DNA of 62,871 nt, counting the filler, from Neoconidiobolus thromboides FSU 785 (lineage: Eukaryota > Fungi > Entomophthoromycota): the NCBI GenBank assembly GCA_025603075.1. It is 4 parts of 4 records of this genome, joined end to end, with 100 filler letters (N's around TTAATTAATTAA, not from the genome) between each part and the next. Parts side by side here need not be neighbours in the genome. Positions count along the whole stretch, not along the records: positions 1 to 31,536 come from MU626478.1; positions 31,637 to 59,352 come from MU626499.1; 2 more parts are not named here. One strand, written 5' to 3'. Of this stretch, positions 26,163 through 38,554 are shown piece after piece. The notes under the pieces are model-generated. The model was not told where the DNA came from, ran no database searches, and saw only the letters and a list, made by a program, of their open reading frames with translations. The position numbers and the translations under genes are program-made. The first letter of the stretch is position 1; every line of letters starts with the position of its first letter.

Positions 26163-27114
26163 TTATTTCTTTGGGGCAAAGATATCTTGGAGTTTGTCGT
26201 AACCAGCAAGTACACCAGCACCGGCAACAGCACGGAGAATGTTAGCACCAGCACCTTTGAAGAGAGATTTAACACCTTCATTCTTGACAATTTCATTGAA
26301 ACAGTGGAGGGATGAATTATATTTGACGGCAGCACCAGAAGTCATCATCATTCTACGACGAACGGTATCAATTGGGTATGAAGCAAGACCAGCACCAATG
26401 GTAATAGCCCAACCGAGAAGGAAGGAAGCTAATACGGATTTGGCAAGTTCACCAGTTAAGAGAACTGGTTTAAGGGAATCGTAAAGACCGAAGTAAAGAC
26501 CACGGTATACAATGATACCAACACATGAAATGTTGAAACCACGGTAAAGACCGGCAATACCATCTGAAGCAATAGTCTTACGATAGACATCAACAAGACC
26601 GTTGAATTGACGTTCACCACCCTTCTTGGCTGATTTAGCATCGTTAGCAAGACGAGTACGAGCATAATCAAGAGAGTATACGAAAAGAAGGGATGAAGCA
26701 CCAGCAGCACCACCGGAAGCTAAGTTACCAGCGAACCAGGTCCAGTAACCTTCATCCTTTTTGAATCCAAACATACGCTTGAACTTATCCTTGAAAGCCA
26801 AGTTTAAGGCTTGGGTTGGGAAATAACGGATAACGTTAGCGGTGTTACCACGGTAAAGGGAAACAAAACCTTCTTCTTTGATAACACGACTGAAGCAGTC
26901 ACCAATACCTTTGTATGGGGTAGAAAGACGACCAGCCTTGATCATCTCATCTTGGTTTTGAATAAGAAGTTTAACACGTTCAATTGGGGCAGCAGCAGTC
27001 TTGGAGACAGCGGCAGATACACCACCAAGCATGAAATCCTTTAACTCGTATAAGATTTTATAATTTTAATATAAACAAAGTACTTACGAGCAAGAAGTTT
27101 TTATCACCGGACAT
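26163..27114 (-). CDS. AAC: Mitochondrial ADP/ATP carrier, 2 exons
   Basis: Exon 1 MSGDKNFLL splices to DFMLGG. Motifs [42 protein letters not shown] and the RRRMMM signature. Confidence 0.97.
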
Positions 27115-27911
27115 TTTAATTATCAAGGAGAAGGATTAATATAAAACAAAGTTCAAAGGTTTTAACATTTACTCTATTTATATTATATCTTATTCCCCAG
27201 CTTAATTTTGAACACTAAATTTGAAGGTTTATTTGGTGCACCACATCCCCAATATACTTACTTTTACCAATCATTAACTTCTTATCGGATCAACTAATTA
27301 TAAGCTTGATAAATGTATTTATCTTATTGGATAATCTCAATAAAGCTTCATTGATTTTAAAATATAATCAATATTGAATGCATTGGATTTATTTTAATTG
27401 GTTAATTTTATGTTTAATTTTACAAATTAATTTACATTTACAATTTATTTACTCGAATTTGAATCCCACCGAAAATTTAGAATCATTCTTTTGAACCCTT
27501 ATTTTTTTTAGGATGAACTTAAAATCACATGTTAAATTCTAAAGCAATAGGACTTTAATATAAAATTAGGCTTTTTGTTATAAGCAACATTGTTAAAATA
27601 AAGTCATTTAGATCAAATATAACATTATAACTATGGATATAATATAAACTAAATATCCTAATTGTTATTTTGACTTTATATATAGCTTTAAAACCAATAT
27701 GGAAGCATCTTTGTTGAGTATAATTAGCCAATTTTTAAATTTTACGCTGCATAAAAAACGTAAAAATAATGAAACAAAATAAATTATTACGTATAGTTAA
27801 AAATCCATAGTCATGTTTAAAAGTAAGTTCCAAAAAAAAAGTGATAAGACTCATACTAAATAGCAGCGAAAGAATCAAACCTAGGTATTTTATTATTTTT
27901 TCCTAGGATAC

Positions 27912-29800
27912 TTAAGGATAGTCAGTATTATTTAATGTTGTTCTTATATGATTGCAAAATGATTCAAAATGTTCGAAACATGAATTACTCGATCCTTGAT
28001 GTTGGAGTAATAGAATATTCAATGAAGTTTTGAATTGAATATCAGCCACTTTTTTTAGTGTAAACTTACATTCAAATGGCTTTATTTGAAATTTAGGGAC
28101 AATTTCATCGATGTTTTTTATTAATAGTGCTCTTCTCCACTTCCTTGTCCAACTTAATAAGTTTACTTTACCATAAATATATCTCAATGTCCTGTCATTG
28201 AGATTTTCCACTCTATATACAACACTAAGTACATCTAATAATTTATGGATTTTAGAAACCGAATCACTTAGATTTAAATTAATTTCGATATCAACGCTCA
28301 TTTTATAGCCTTTTTTTGAATAACTATTATCCTGGGTTGATTCTGTCTTATTTTCTTTTCTCTTCAAAACTATTCTTTTATCAAAAGAATGTAACTATTA
28401 TTACAGAAAATAAATATTTAAAATCGATAGCAAAAAAATATTACATTATACAACTCTGTATGAAACGTCCAACTGATAACCCATCTGGTAGTATTGCCTT
28501 GTAATAAGGTATTTACTCTGTATAAAATATCCTACGAAAATTAATCGCTTTTTTATAGTATAGTTCAAATCTACCTTAAATTTCTTAAAAACGTTTTTTA
28601 AACTTGTTAAAGTTGACTTTTTACCAACCATTGTAGTGAACCAACTGTATAATAAATTAACTATTACAAAAAGGTTAAGTTAAATTTACCCGACATCATT
28701 TTTATAATAAGTTGATTCTTTTATCATGATTGAAATGAAATTAAACTCTCCGCCTTCTGTGATCATTTCGTTGCTAGAGCCAGAACACACCCCTGAAGGA
28801 AGATTCGATTTATTCTTACAACCCTTATCTATTTCTTCACTACTATCATAAAAGGGCGGATTGCACATTGTAAATGAATATCTAAACAATTAGTATGATC
28901 TTATAAATAAATCAGCTTACTTTAATTTTTTGTGGATTTTTACTATGGCCTCTTCGTTTTCGATAGCTGCTATTCCAAAGTCTCTTACGTTTTTATCAAA
29001 TAGTAATGGAGTAAATATTTTGAACTCTTTATCTTCTTTATTGACCTGTGTTATGGAGATTCTCGAGGTTAAATGGTTGTTCTTTATATTCTTTCTAGCA
29101 CAGTCAATAGAATCTCCATCAATATCTTAAAATTTTAATTGATTAATAGAGAAAGTATTCATATAATCACCTGTAGCTGTCATTGTCCAATTGGTGTGCA
29201 TTTTACAAATCAGTAAAGGATAAATACACGTTGCGCCTGTTCCACTTTAAATGTAAGTCAAAATCAATATGAAACAAATGAAATACATGTCCAAGCCATT
29301 GATTGGGAATTCTGAGCAAAAATTATTATCTAATAGGTCTTCAATACAATGGATATAATTTAATCTATAACAAGAATAAACATTAGTAATAAAAAACATT
29401 ATTGAAAAATGAAACTTGCCTATTTGGAACCTAGTTTTGAAGTTATAAAAAGCTATTTATTTGAATTATTTATTACTATTGGACATAAATTAGTTAAAGG
29501 AAACCTTAATTTGAGATTAAAATATTTCTTCAATATTGAGCATGTAAGTTCTCTATATTGTTAAGTAAAGTATATATATGTCCATATGAATACCTCAATC
29601 CTTCAACATCTTTGAAATTAAACGTATATTCCTCTTCAGAAGTCCCTCTTTCACTTTTTTTAAATATACTAATAATTATTTTTGGTCATTTACTTTATTG
29701 AATGTATTTACTAATCTTTAAGTTTGGGAAACTCGTCACTTAATAATCTAAAGTCTGGAGGTCCTAATCTACTCTTATGAAAAATATTTCTTTCATGCAT
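27912..29800 (-). CDS. METTL16: METTL16/RlmF-family RNA m6A methyltransferase, multi-exon
   Basis: N-terminus MHERNIFHKSRLGPPDFRLL, GTGATCIYPLL, DIDGDSI, catalytic MCNPPFY, and EMITEGGE. Confidence 0.88.
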
Positions 29801-30076
29801 TGGATGGTCTGATGTTCTAATGATTTTCTATTCAATTTTAAAATAATTAAAGACTAAATTTCATATTTCGATAAATTCTCTATATAATAAAAGCATCAAG
29901 TTTGAACATTTATAATTTAATATAATTAACACCTTAAATATTTAAAAGCAATTGATGGTAACTAAATAGGTAAAAATTTACTTTTATAAATTCTTATATA
30001 ATGCTTATAGTATATACTAATATAATAGCTAGTTCTATAAACCAAGTTTTAGAAATTTCTACTAAATAAAAGCATA

Positions 30077-30175
30077 TGGGTGTATTTTTTTGGCTTCATT
30101 ACTTTTTCCATCTTTTAAGCGCTATTTAAGTGGAAAAATTGTTAGTAAGAATCTTAAACAAAAAATACAGTCTCA
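30077..30175 (-). mobile_element. MITE family copy, 99 bp
   Basis: TA|TGGGTGTATTTTT...AAAAATACAGTCTCA|TA; the interior is the reverse complement of the 45845 copy. Confidence 0.85.
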
Positions 30176-30562
30176 TATTTTAATAAAACTTTCTATGATC
30201 AGTATAATTGCCAAACTTATTTTATTATTTAAAGCAATTAGATAATATTTATATAATATTAAAATTCTAAAAAGCTATCTTAACACTTTTAGTTGTTTTA
30301 AGGGTAAAAGTATTATTTTAACATATTTTGTCAGTGCTATCTTAATATTAGTTAAAAGATGCTAAATATTCTTAACTATAGTAATTTTAAAATAAAATAA
30401 AGTAAAATAAAAATTTTAAGGATTTTTAAAAAAACTATCCAATTTTTACAATCTCTGTAATTTGTAAGTGCTTTTAAAAATTTTAAATGATAAAATAGTA
30501 TAAAAAGTAGTAAAATAACATAGACTTAAGAGATATTAAATATAATTCTAATACTGATAATA

Positions 30563-30664
30563 CGGAGATGTATTTTTTGTGTTTAAGAATTTTACTAACG
30601 ATTTTTCCACTTAAATAGTGCTTAAAAAATCGAAAAAATAATGAAGTCAAAAAAAACACTCCTA
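30563..30664 (+). mobile_element. MITE family copy, 102 bp
   Basis: TA|CGGAGATGTATTTTT...AAAAAACACTCCTA|TA with the family core. Confidence 0.85.
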
Positions 30665-30760
30665 TATAGTGACTTATTTATTTTTTATACCAGCAGCTAT
30701 AGCTACAATTTTTAAATTTAATACAGATTTTTAACTTTATTTAATATATTAAATAATATA

Positions 30761-30822
30761 TGGGGGGTGTTTTTTCAGCTTCATTACTTTTTCCATCTTT
30801 TAAACACAGAAATACATCCCTA
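30761..30822 (-). mobile_element. Internally deleted MITE copy, 62 bp
   Basis: TA|TGGGGGGTGTTTTTT...AAATACATCCCTA|TA. The central ~40 bp of the family core are missing. Confidence 0.8.
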
Positions 30823-31019
30823 TATTTAATTGGTTTAATTTTTAAAAAACATTTATAAATAATGATAAATTCAAAATTAATTTTAAAATAAATATAAATA
30901 TAGAATAAAATATTGTTTAACAATAAGATTTATTTAAATCATATTGCTTTAGTAAAAATAGTTTGGAATCTTAACTTTTTTTAGGTATTTTGCAAAAGTT
31001 TAAGAGTTAGTTAAAAAAG

Positions 31020-31441
31020 TGTGAAATATCGCTTTATCAGTCCCATGGTTAATTATAGCATAATAATCGCCTAAGCTGTTGTGCTCTTGAGTTCAGAGAA
31101 AATTAATCCCACGCTCTTAGTTTGATTTGCTATGAGAATTTCTAGCTCCATCCCAAAGAATATCATCTTCTCATTTTGGTATACTTTTCAGAGTATAAAA
31201 GAGTTTACAGAGTATAGTAGTTCGAGGCTTTTTAACTGAATTATTCTTTGATATCTCGAACATTTAATAAAGTCACTAAGTTTACTTAATAGTATTTTAC
31301 ATAGATTTTACATTAGTATTGTCTATTCTATTTGTTTTACATAGTCTGTAGCCTATTCGTGCTGTTATTCATAATCCAAGTCTATCTTAGCCACATAAAG
31401 TAAGACTTTCTGACACCAACTGTTGAGTATCAGATTTCACA
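31020..31441 (+). mobile_element. Solo-LTR-like element abutting the telomere
   Basis: Ends TGTGAAAT...ATTTCACA (perfect 8-bp inverted termini, TG...CA). TATAAAAG at 31194 and AATAAA at 31266. Homologous end to end with 60567-61033 in inverted orientation. Confidence 0.8.
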
Positions 31442-31536
31442 GTTAGGGTTAGGGTTAGGGTTAGGGTTAGGGTTAGGGTTAGGGTTAGGGTTAGGGTTAG
31501 GGTTAGGGTTAGGGTTAGGGTTAGGGTTAGGGTTAG
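31442..31536 (+). repeat. Telomeric repeat (TTAGGG)n, about 15.7 units, at contig end
   Basis: Perfect TTAGGG array with the G-rich strand running 5'->3' toward the contig end, followed by the N spacer. Confidence 0.95.
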
Positions 31537-31636
31537 NNNNNNNNNNNNNNNNNNNNNNNNNNNNNNNNNNNNNNNNNNNNTTAATTAATTAANNNNNNNN
31601 NNNNNNNNNNNNNNNNNNNNNNNNNNNNNNNNNNNN
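31537..31636. other. Artificial contig spacer (44N-TTAATTAATTAA-44N)
   Basis: Identical 100-bp structure occurs three times; the 12-mer places stops in all six frames. Confidence 0.95.
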
Positions 31637-32083
31637 GAAACCTTAAGACATAGATCTTATCATTTAGAAGCTTGGAGACTTACTCACATTGATCGTATAT
31701 TGCCTAATGGAATGAAGATTTCAAAAGGATCTTTAATGGCCCTTGATTTACCAAACATTCATTTCAATCCAGAAAATTATGGGTCTAATGGAGACAGAAT
31801 GCAAAAGAAAGACCCTTCGCTTCCTCTTGAATTCCAATACAACCCATTTCAATTCGTTGAGTCCAAACTTAAGGCTACTAGAGTAACTCAAAATTTCTTG
31901 AATTTCGGTATGGGACGTCATGCTTGTCCTGGAAGATTCTTCGCCGTTCAAGAAATTACTTCCTTAGTAAGTACCCTTTTGCAAAAATACCGTATTGAGA
32001 CAAAAGATGGTAAACCTAAAGAGTTCTATACTGGAGACTTTGGAATACCAGACCCTTATGTTGTATTTAAACCTTTAGCTTAG
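31637..32083 (+). CDS. Cytochrome P450, C-terminal fragment truncated by the gap
   Basis: The frame is open from the gap: ETLR (ExxR), then the heme motif FGMGRHACPGRFFA. Confidence 0.92.
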   Translation, partial: ETLRHRSYHLEAWRLTHIDRILPNGMKISKGSLMALDLPNIHFNPENYGSNGDRMQKKDPSLPLEFQYNPFQFVESKLKATRVTQNFLNFGMGRHACPGRFFAVQEITSLVSTLLQKYRIETKDGKPKEFYTGDFGIPDPYVVFKPLA

Positions 32084-33086
32084 TTTTAGTTGTTATTAAA
32101 TTGAAAAATAAATTGATTTGTTATCTCATGTTTTATAACAACTATTTAAAACAATTCAATAATCTAGACAGAAATAGCTCAAAAAAATACTATTTAATCA
32201 ATTTATTATAAATGAGCTAGTCCAACTTACCCTACTTCTTTAAATGCTTGGATGTCTGTAAAGTAATTTGATTGTTTTTCCAGTAAATGTAACAGTGAGT
32301 GGTAGTTTAAAGACAATAAAGTTCAAAGTTAATATACAAATAAGTCAGTTAAAAATAACGTTTATTATAAAAAAGCTCCCATCCAAGACGGATATGAGCT
32401 GTTTTTATGTTCTTATTTTTGCTTTATTCATATATCAGATTATTTAACATAATAATATGGTTTTTTATAGTATTTTGCATAAATCCATTTTTATGAAAAA
32501 ACTTACATTTCATGACACTTAATTGTCAGGAATGGAGAATTATCCTAGCATATTAGCACTTAACTATTAGATACATGGTATACAGCTGTTGCAACTCTAC
32601 AACTTTATTTAGTGCTCATTTTTATAGTAAATTATTTTAGTTTTTTTATGCCTGATCCTTAATTTTTAGTCAAATCTTAAGATATATTTTTTCTTAGATG
32701 AGCAGTTAATTAGATCAAAATAGAACTGCAACAAGTGTATTTGATCAAATCATTTGAATTAAGGGTTAAGTAATCTTGTCCTATTTAATTCGAAAAATAA
32801 AATGGAACTGATAGAAAGGAATCCTTGTAAAGGGGCTCATAGATAAAAAAAAACAAGTTAGTAAAATACTCGAAAGGAGCGATTTATTAGTATTCGAGTC
32901 AATCTTAATCAAGAAGTCTTTAAAATGAACACAAAGCCCATCTTAGCTTGACATTCCTTTATAAATTATTGGTTTCTTATCATTTAGTCAAAAGTTGCTA
33001 CTATTGATAATAGCATTAATAACATATGTTCTGAGATCTATGGTTATTATAAAAAAATTAATTAATATCAAATATTTATTTAGATT

Positions 33087-34163
33087 TTAATTTTTTGGTT
33101 CAGCTAATTCAATAGCAAAACCTAAGGCTAGTTTAACGAATTCCGAAACATGATTGTAGTTAACGAATTGAGTAGTATCTGAAGTAGTATGTAATCTGTT
33201 ATTTAAGATGTCTTCACCAGGTTGACATGATTTGTATCCAGCTCTTGTATAAGACGCGTGATCACTGCAAGCATATCCACATTGACCATTGATCCATTTA
33301 TAAGAAGAATAATTGTCAATAATTAATCTCAAAAATTGAGTTAATTCAGGATCAACATAATCAGTTAATAACTTGATTTGTTTGTTAACATTATAACCAG
33401 TCATGTCTAATTGAATCATTCCAACTACCTTCTTGGACTGTTTAGCATAAGCTTGAGCAATATCTTGACTTCCTCTTAACCCTACTTCTTCAGCTGCATA
33501 GAATTGGAATTCAATACTGCGTTTGAATTTCAAATTGCTTTTAGATAAACAACGTAAGGCCTCTAAAATTGTAGTAGTACCAGAACCATCATCATCAGCA
33601 CCAGGAGCTCTTCCATTGGTAGGATCACGTGAGTTGATGGAGTCTAAATGAGCTCCAATGACAATGATCTCATCTTTTAATTCCTCCCCTTCAATTCTAG
33701 CAATAATGCTATTCTGGACCCAAGAATGTTTATAAAAATTAGCATTAAAACTACTGCCTAATGCAGCACCTGCTTTTTTGACTTCTTCCATTAAATAGTT
33801 TACAGCTTGTACACCATAGTTTGAAGCATAATATCTATTATGGAAAGCAGAATATCTTTCGAGAAATTGAGACATAGTGTTTTGATCGATAAATGATTGT
33901 GCCTTTTTGACAACAGTAGGGTAAGATACTTTAGCAGGGAAAGCAATCAAACTACGGCTATCTGGTTGATATACAGTGGTTTTGGGGTTATCAGTGATAT
34001 CAAAAAAATGCTTATTTTGTTTCAGTAATTGGAATACCTCAGCCTCTGTCACCCATTTTGGAGCTTCCGATTCCGAAGTTTGGATCAATCTTTTGCCTTC
34101 AGGATTAGCAGCAGAGGCTAAAGGTAACAAAGATAGTAATAACAAGTTAATAAGAGATTTCAT
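33087..34163 (-). CDS. Secreted M28 leucine aminopeptidase, intronless
   Basis: Signal peptide; metal-ligand motifs GAHLDS, APGADDDGSG, YAAEEVGLRGS, QLDMTGY, CGYACSDHAS, LHTTSD. Confidence 0.93.
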   Translation of the reverse strand: MKSLINLLLLSLLPLASAANPEGKRLIQTSESEAPKWVTEAEVFQLLKQNKHFFDITDNPKTTVYQPDSRSLIAFPAKVSYPTVVKKAQSFIDQNTMSQFLERYSAFHNRYYASNYGVQAVNYLMEEVKKAGAALGSSFNANFYKHSWVQNSIIARIEGEELKDEIIVIGAHLDSINSRDPTNGRAPGADDDGSGTTTILEALRCLSKSNLKFKRSIEFQFYAAEEVGLRGSQDIAQAYAKQSKKVVGMIQLDMTGYNVNKQIKLLTDYVDPELTQFLRLIIDNYSSYKWINGQCGYACSDHASYTRAGYKSCQPGEDILNNRLHTTSDTTQFVNYNHVSEFVKLALGFAIELAEPKN

Positions 34164-35283
34164 AGTTCAGTTCAATGTCTCGAAGATTTATATTTACTAA
34201 ATAGCGACTTTCGTTGCTTATATACTTTCTAATTCCATGCTTTGCTATAAAAAACAGATGACTTGATTGTGATACATCATTTCTTCGAAATATTGTCAGT
34301 TACGTTCTAATATTTGCTGCTGATTTAATGTCACTTGGTTTTTATTCTTAATTACTGATTTACTATCTTATTTTAGTATTCTAATTAATAACTATCTAAT
34401 TGTACCTTTATCTCGCATAAATTCGAATGACTATCGATTATGAAAAATAGTTATTAAATCTTAAATGAACCACTAATATACTAAATCAATGTTCCGCCTC
34501 CTAATCTCCTATTTTATAAAATTAACTTGATAAATGCTGTCTAAAACGTGTATTTTTCAAAGGAATGCTAATATAAATTGGAGTTTATTTTAAAATGTAA
34601 AATAATTATAACTTAAGCTTAACTTGTACTTTCATATAATAGAAAAGTCATAATACCAAAATTTTATCAAATAGAATTACTTAAATTCTACATATTTAAA
34701 TAAATGCTCTAAGTTTTTTTTCTTGGAGTTAAAAATTGAATTAATCATAAGTTTTTATTGCCAAATCGTGTGTCCATATCCCTTCATGATAAGGAAATAG
34801 TAATCTGGTGATTTAATTCAAAAGCTAAAGTCTAACTTTTTTAAGAACACAATAAATAACAATATTCAGTAAGGTATGATATGCTTTGAATGATAAGATT
34901 GAAGATATGTATATATATTGATAGACTTACAACCAGACTTTGAACTGTCGACTTTATTAAAATGCTATTTCAATCATTTATATTTTATTACACATCAAAT
35001 TTTCTGTAGTTATAATTTTAATAAATCTTGTAAAAAATCAATGACTAGTATCATTCAGGTTTAAATTAAATCGAGAATTCTTATATAATTTGAGCATTAC
35101 TTTTATTAGCTTAAAAAATAAATTTAATATAATGTTTAATTTGGATTTTCTAAACGCAGATAGTCAGCAACAGGAATTATAGAGAAACTTTGATGCTATG
35201 AGCCTACTCGGTAGTCTTCTGATTTGTTTGTAGTTTGTTAATAAATTACTTAGAGGTTTTGCTTCTTTGAAGAAATTAAAAAA

Positions 35284-35381
35284 CGAGACTGTTTTTTTTG
35301 GTTTCACTATCTTTCCATTTTTTAAGCGCTATTTGAGTGGAAAGATTGTAGTGGAATCTTAAACAAAAAAATACATTCCCA
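35284..35381 (-). mobile_element. MITE family copy, degenerate
   Basis: 'tttccatttttaagcgctatttgagtggaaagattg...aatcttaaacaaaaaaatacattccca' matches the family reverse complement. Confidence 0.75.
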
Positions 35382-35556
35382 AATAGTATATCTCGTAAAA
35401 TTTGCAAAAATGAATTTATGCATTAAAAATAGCTGGAACATAAATAAACTTATATTTTTATTACATATTATGTGATTTAATAGTAAGATATTTGTACTTT
35501 AATTTTTTTCCAAAACTTATCAACTTTTAAGTTTTAAAAATTAAAAAAAATGTAGG

Positions 35557-35660
35557 TAGGGATATATCTTTTGCTTAGGAATCTTACTAACAACTATTCT
35601 ATTCTACTTAAATAGCACTTGAAAAATGGAAAAAGCGATGAAATAAAAAAACATCATTAC
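35557..35660 (+). mobile_element. MITE family copy, strongly degenerate
   Basis: 'tagggatatatcttttgcttaggaatcttactaa...cttaaatagcacttgaaaaatggaaaaagcgatgaaataaaaaaacatc' follows the family layout. Confidence 0.6.
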
Positions 35661-36108
35661 ATCTATAATTATATTTTCAATACAATTAAAAAGTAAGCTC
35701 TTAAAAAATTATTGAGTTAGTATCTTATTATATCAAAACCAAAACTTTTAATTTATGGCTCTTATACTCAAATCATTAGAATAGAAAGAATGGAAAACAG
35801 GGTAATCACTGCTTATAAAATTTAGGAATAAAAAAATGCTTACATAGCATGCTTTCCTAGTTAAGGATTAGACTGATAATAGTATAAGCTCTCAAAGTGA
35901 ACAAACTATCGAAATGCAAAACATATGGAAATAATATATAATCGGTTATATGATAGTTTAATAACACTCAAGATTCCAATATTTGTCACACTTTAACATT
36001 AGGATAAAAATTTTAAACATTTAACAATAAAACAATCCAGGTCATTTAAGATATAAAAATAAATACTATCATTAAAATTAAACAATTTTTAATACAACAA
36101 CTCTAACT

Positions 36109-37404
36109 TTATTTAAAAGCATTTTCTTTTAACATGTAATTGTCCTCGCTTTTAGGATTTAAAAAGGTATAAACCTTGGATGAATAAGTAGGCAAAAGCT
36201 TCAAAACGATATAAAACCCAATCTCAATTAAAAGAATCACAATAAAAGTAACCCAAATGGGCAATAGACCATTAAAATTAGGATCCCATGTAATCAATCC
36301 TAAGATGATATTGATTTGTGCTAACAAAAATAAGATACGTCCAAAATACCAATGTAATTTATCATACCAAGGAACCTAAATCAAATTTAAGTAAAGTTAT
36401 AAAATATAGTAATATATTGATTACAGCTAATCTATCTGGGTTATATAAGCGATCTATAGCAACACCCAATATCAATTGAATAAACATCAAAACAAATATA
36501 AGTAGTCCTAAGATCTAAAATAAAATATTAATGAGCGTTATATCTAAAATATTATGATATAGGTTACTTCATGGGCATTCGAAAAATGAGCTGTGTTAGC
36601 CATAACAATAGCCAAAATGATACCAGATATAATAAATAGAGGGGCAATAACTCCAAGTAAACTAACATGTAACTTGAACCATAATTTACCAAATCGATTT
36701 CTTAAAGGACCTGCACATAATATTCCCAAATAAGGGAAAATGTTCCAACCTAAAAACAACAGCACACCATGAACTAGATTTGAAGTTGTTTTTATACCAC
36801 CTCCACTTCCACCTATTGCTTTTCCACTGAAGATGTCCAACTCAAATTTCCCGAAGTTGTCATGTAAGTCAATGGTGGCGTCAACCTTGCTGGTGTTTGG
36901 CAACGTTTTACAATATGCCCATAAAAAACTGGTTGTTTTATTGGTATAAAGCTCGTCATCTTTATCCTTGGTATCTTTTAATCTTCGAAACACTACCACA
37001 TTATTATTATTGGTTTGTTCATAGTTATAGCTTGTTTTGTTTGTATTTAATACCAAATCTTGCTGCTTATCGGCCATAGGTTCATAATTACCAACACCGT
37101 ATCGATCACTCAATGTGAAACTATTATCCTTATTTTTCCATACCACATACATATCAGCCGATGCCATCCATAGTCCAAATCCAATCCCTACCCAGCCAAA
37201 ATCCTTTGGGTATTTTATAGTAAATTCAACCATGTTATTTAAGTCCTGTATACTGAAACAGATGGGCTCCTCTTTGACGCAGATCTCAACTGCTTGTCTT
37301 ACTTCATAGGTATCATTATTACTAGTACCCTCAACTATCTCTTGAGCCAAAATGAGTTGGATGAAACAAAGTAAAAATAAACAAGTTAAAAATAAAAATC
37401 GCAT
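36109..37404 (-). CDS. DOMON + cytochrome b561 membrane protein, 3 exons
   Basis: Signal peptide, DOMON motifs GWVGIGFGLWMASADM and WAY...H. b561 histidines in HGVLLFLGW, WFKLH, HEILGL (spliced) and WYDKLHWYFGR. Confidence 0.88.
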
Positions 37405-38554
37405 CTTTTTAGTTTGATTAAAAAATTAAATTAAATTAAAAGAAAGATTATCTTTTCTCTCTTTTTTTTCTAGATTTTTACAAACTATTTGTGTAGAATA
37501 AATCGAAGGTTCTATTTGCACTGTTTTAATTGTACTTTAAACCCTTATGGCTCCATCCATTGGTGGGTTTGAATTGAATTTCTATATATGGTAGTTTGGT
37601 AGAAGCTTTAGAACTTCGTTTATTCTTTTGCTCCACTCCCTGAAATAATTCATTAACAAATTCTTTTATTCTTCAATTTGTTATTTAATCATCCTAATAT
37701 TGTATTTAATAATTACTAATCAGCCCTCTCTACATTTATTTAACAGTTAAAACAATTAGATAGAAGTATTAATTTACATATTCCATAATCGGGTTATTTT
37801 GTAGATCTTAGATTTAATTATACAATAGTGGTTGTAGATTTTATAATATTATTTCCTATATCACTTTTTTAAATTTTCTATCAGAATAAAAGTCATTGAT
37901 TTTCGAGAACAAAGCTATGATATAATAAAAATATAACTTCCTTAGTTCGGAACTTAAAGAAAGTGTTAAGTAAAGTTAGCTTTATATACTTACTATTAAG
38001 TAATTCAATAAGTTCGGATATAATAGTAATATTAGTTGGGCCGGTAAAGCAATTCTAGTTAATACAAATAATAACTATATAAAGTACATTTTGATATTAG
38101 AAATTTAAAATTTAGATCACAAATTACTTCTATAACAATAATAAGTTTCACAAAGTAATTACAATATATTTAATTCTTTGCCCTAGAATTCTTAAACTGC
38201 AACATTATTTTAAGAGTATACTTTTACAACTGAATCAATTTTTATACGGCGATTTTTTAGCTTATAAACATAGAGTAATAATAAGTAATTCAGAACTTTC
38301 ATTTTGTTATACAAGCTTTGATTATCTTAAAAAACTAATTTGTTTGAACTATCCGATTTACAATAGATTAATGATACAAGGGTGTTTGTAATCAAATCAT
38401 GAATTCTAAAAATAATAAAGTATAGGAACTCCCTTTTGTAATGAAAAACAATCAAAAGTTATTTTTATGAAATAATTATAAAAGATCTGCCAACTTAATA
38501 TTAATACTAAAAATAAAGCTCACTACTATATTCTAGTTTATTTTTATATAGTAT

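Noticed and set aside
31442-31536. Interstitial telomeric repeat or chromosome fusion site
   Set aside because: It is followed by an artificial spacer and an unrelated mid-gene fragment; orientation fits a true right end.
31581-31592. TTAATTAATTAA as a biological palindrome or PacI site
   Set aside because: Centred identically in three 100-bp N gaps, so it is an assembly linker.
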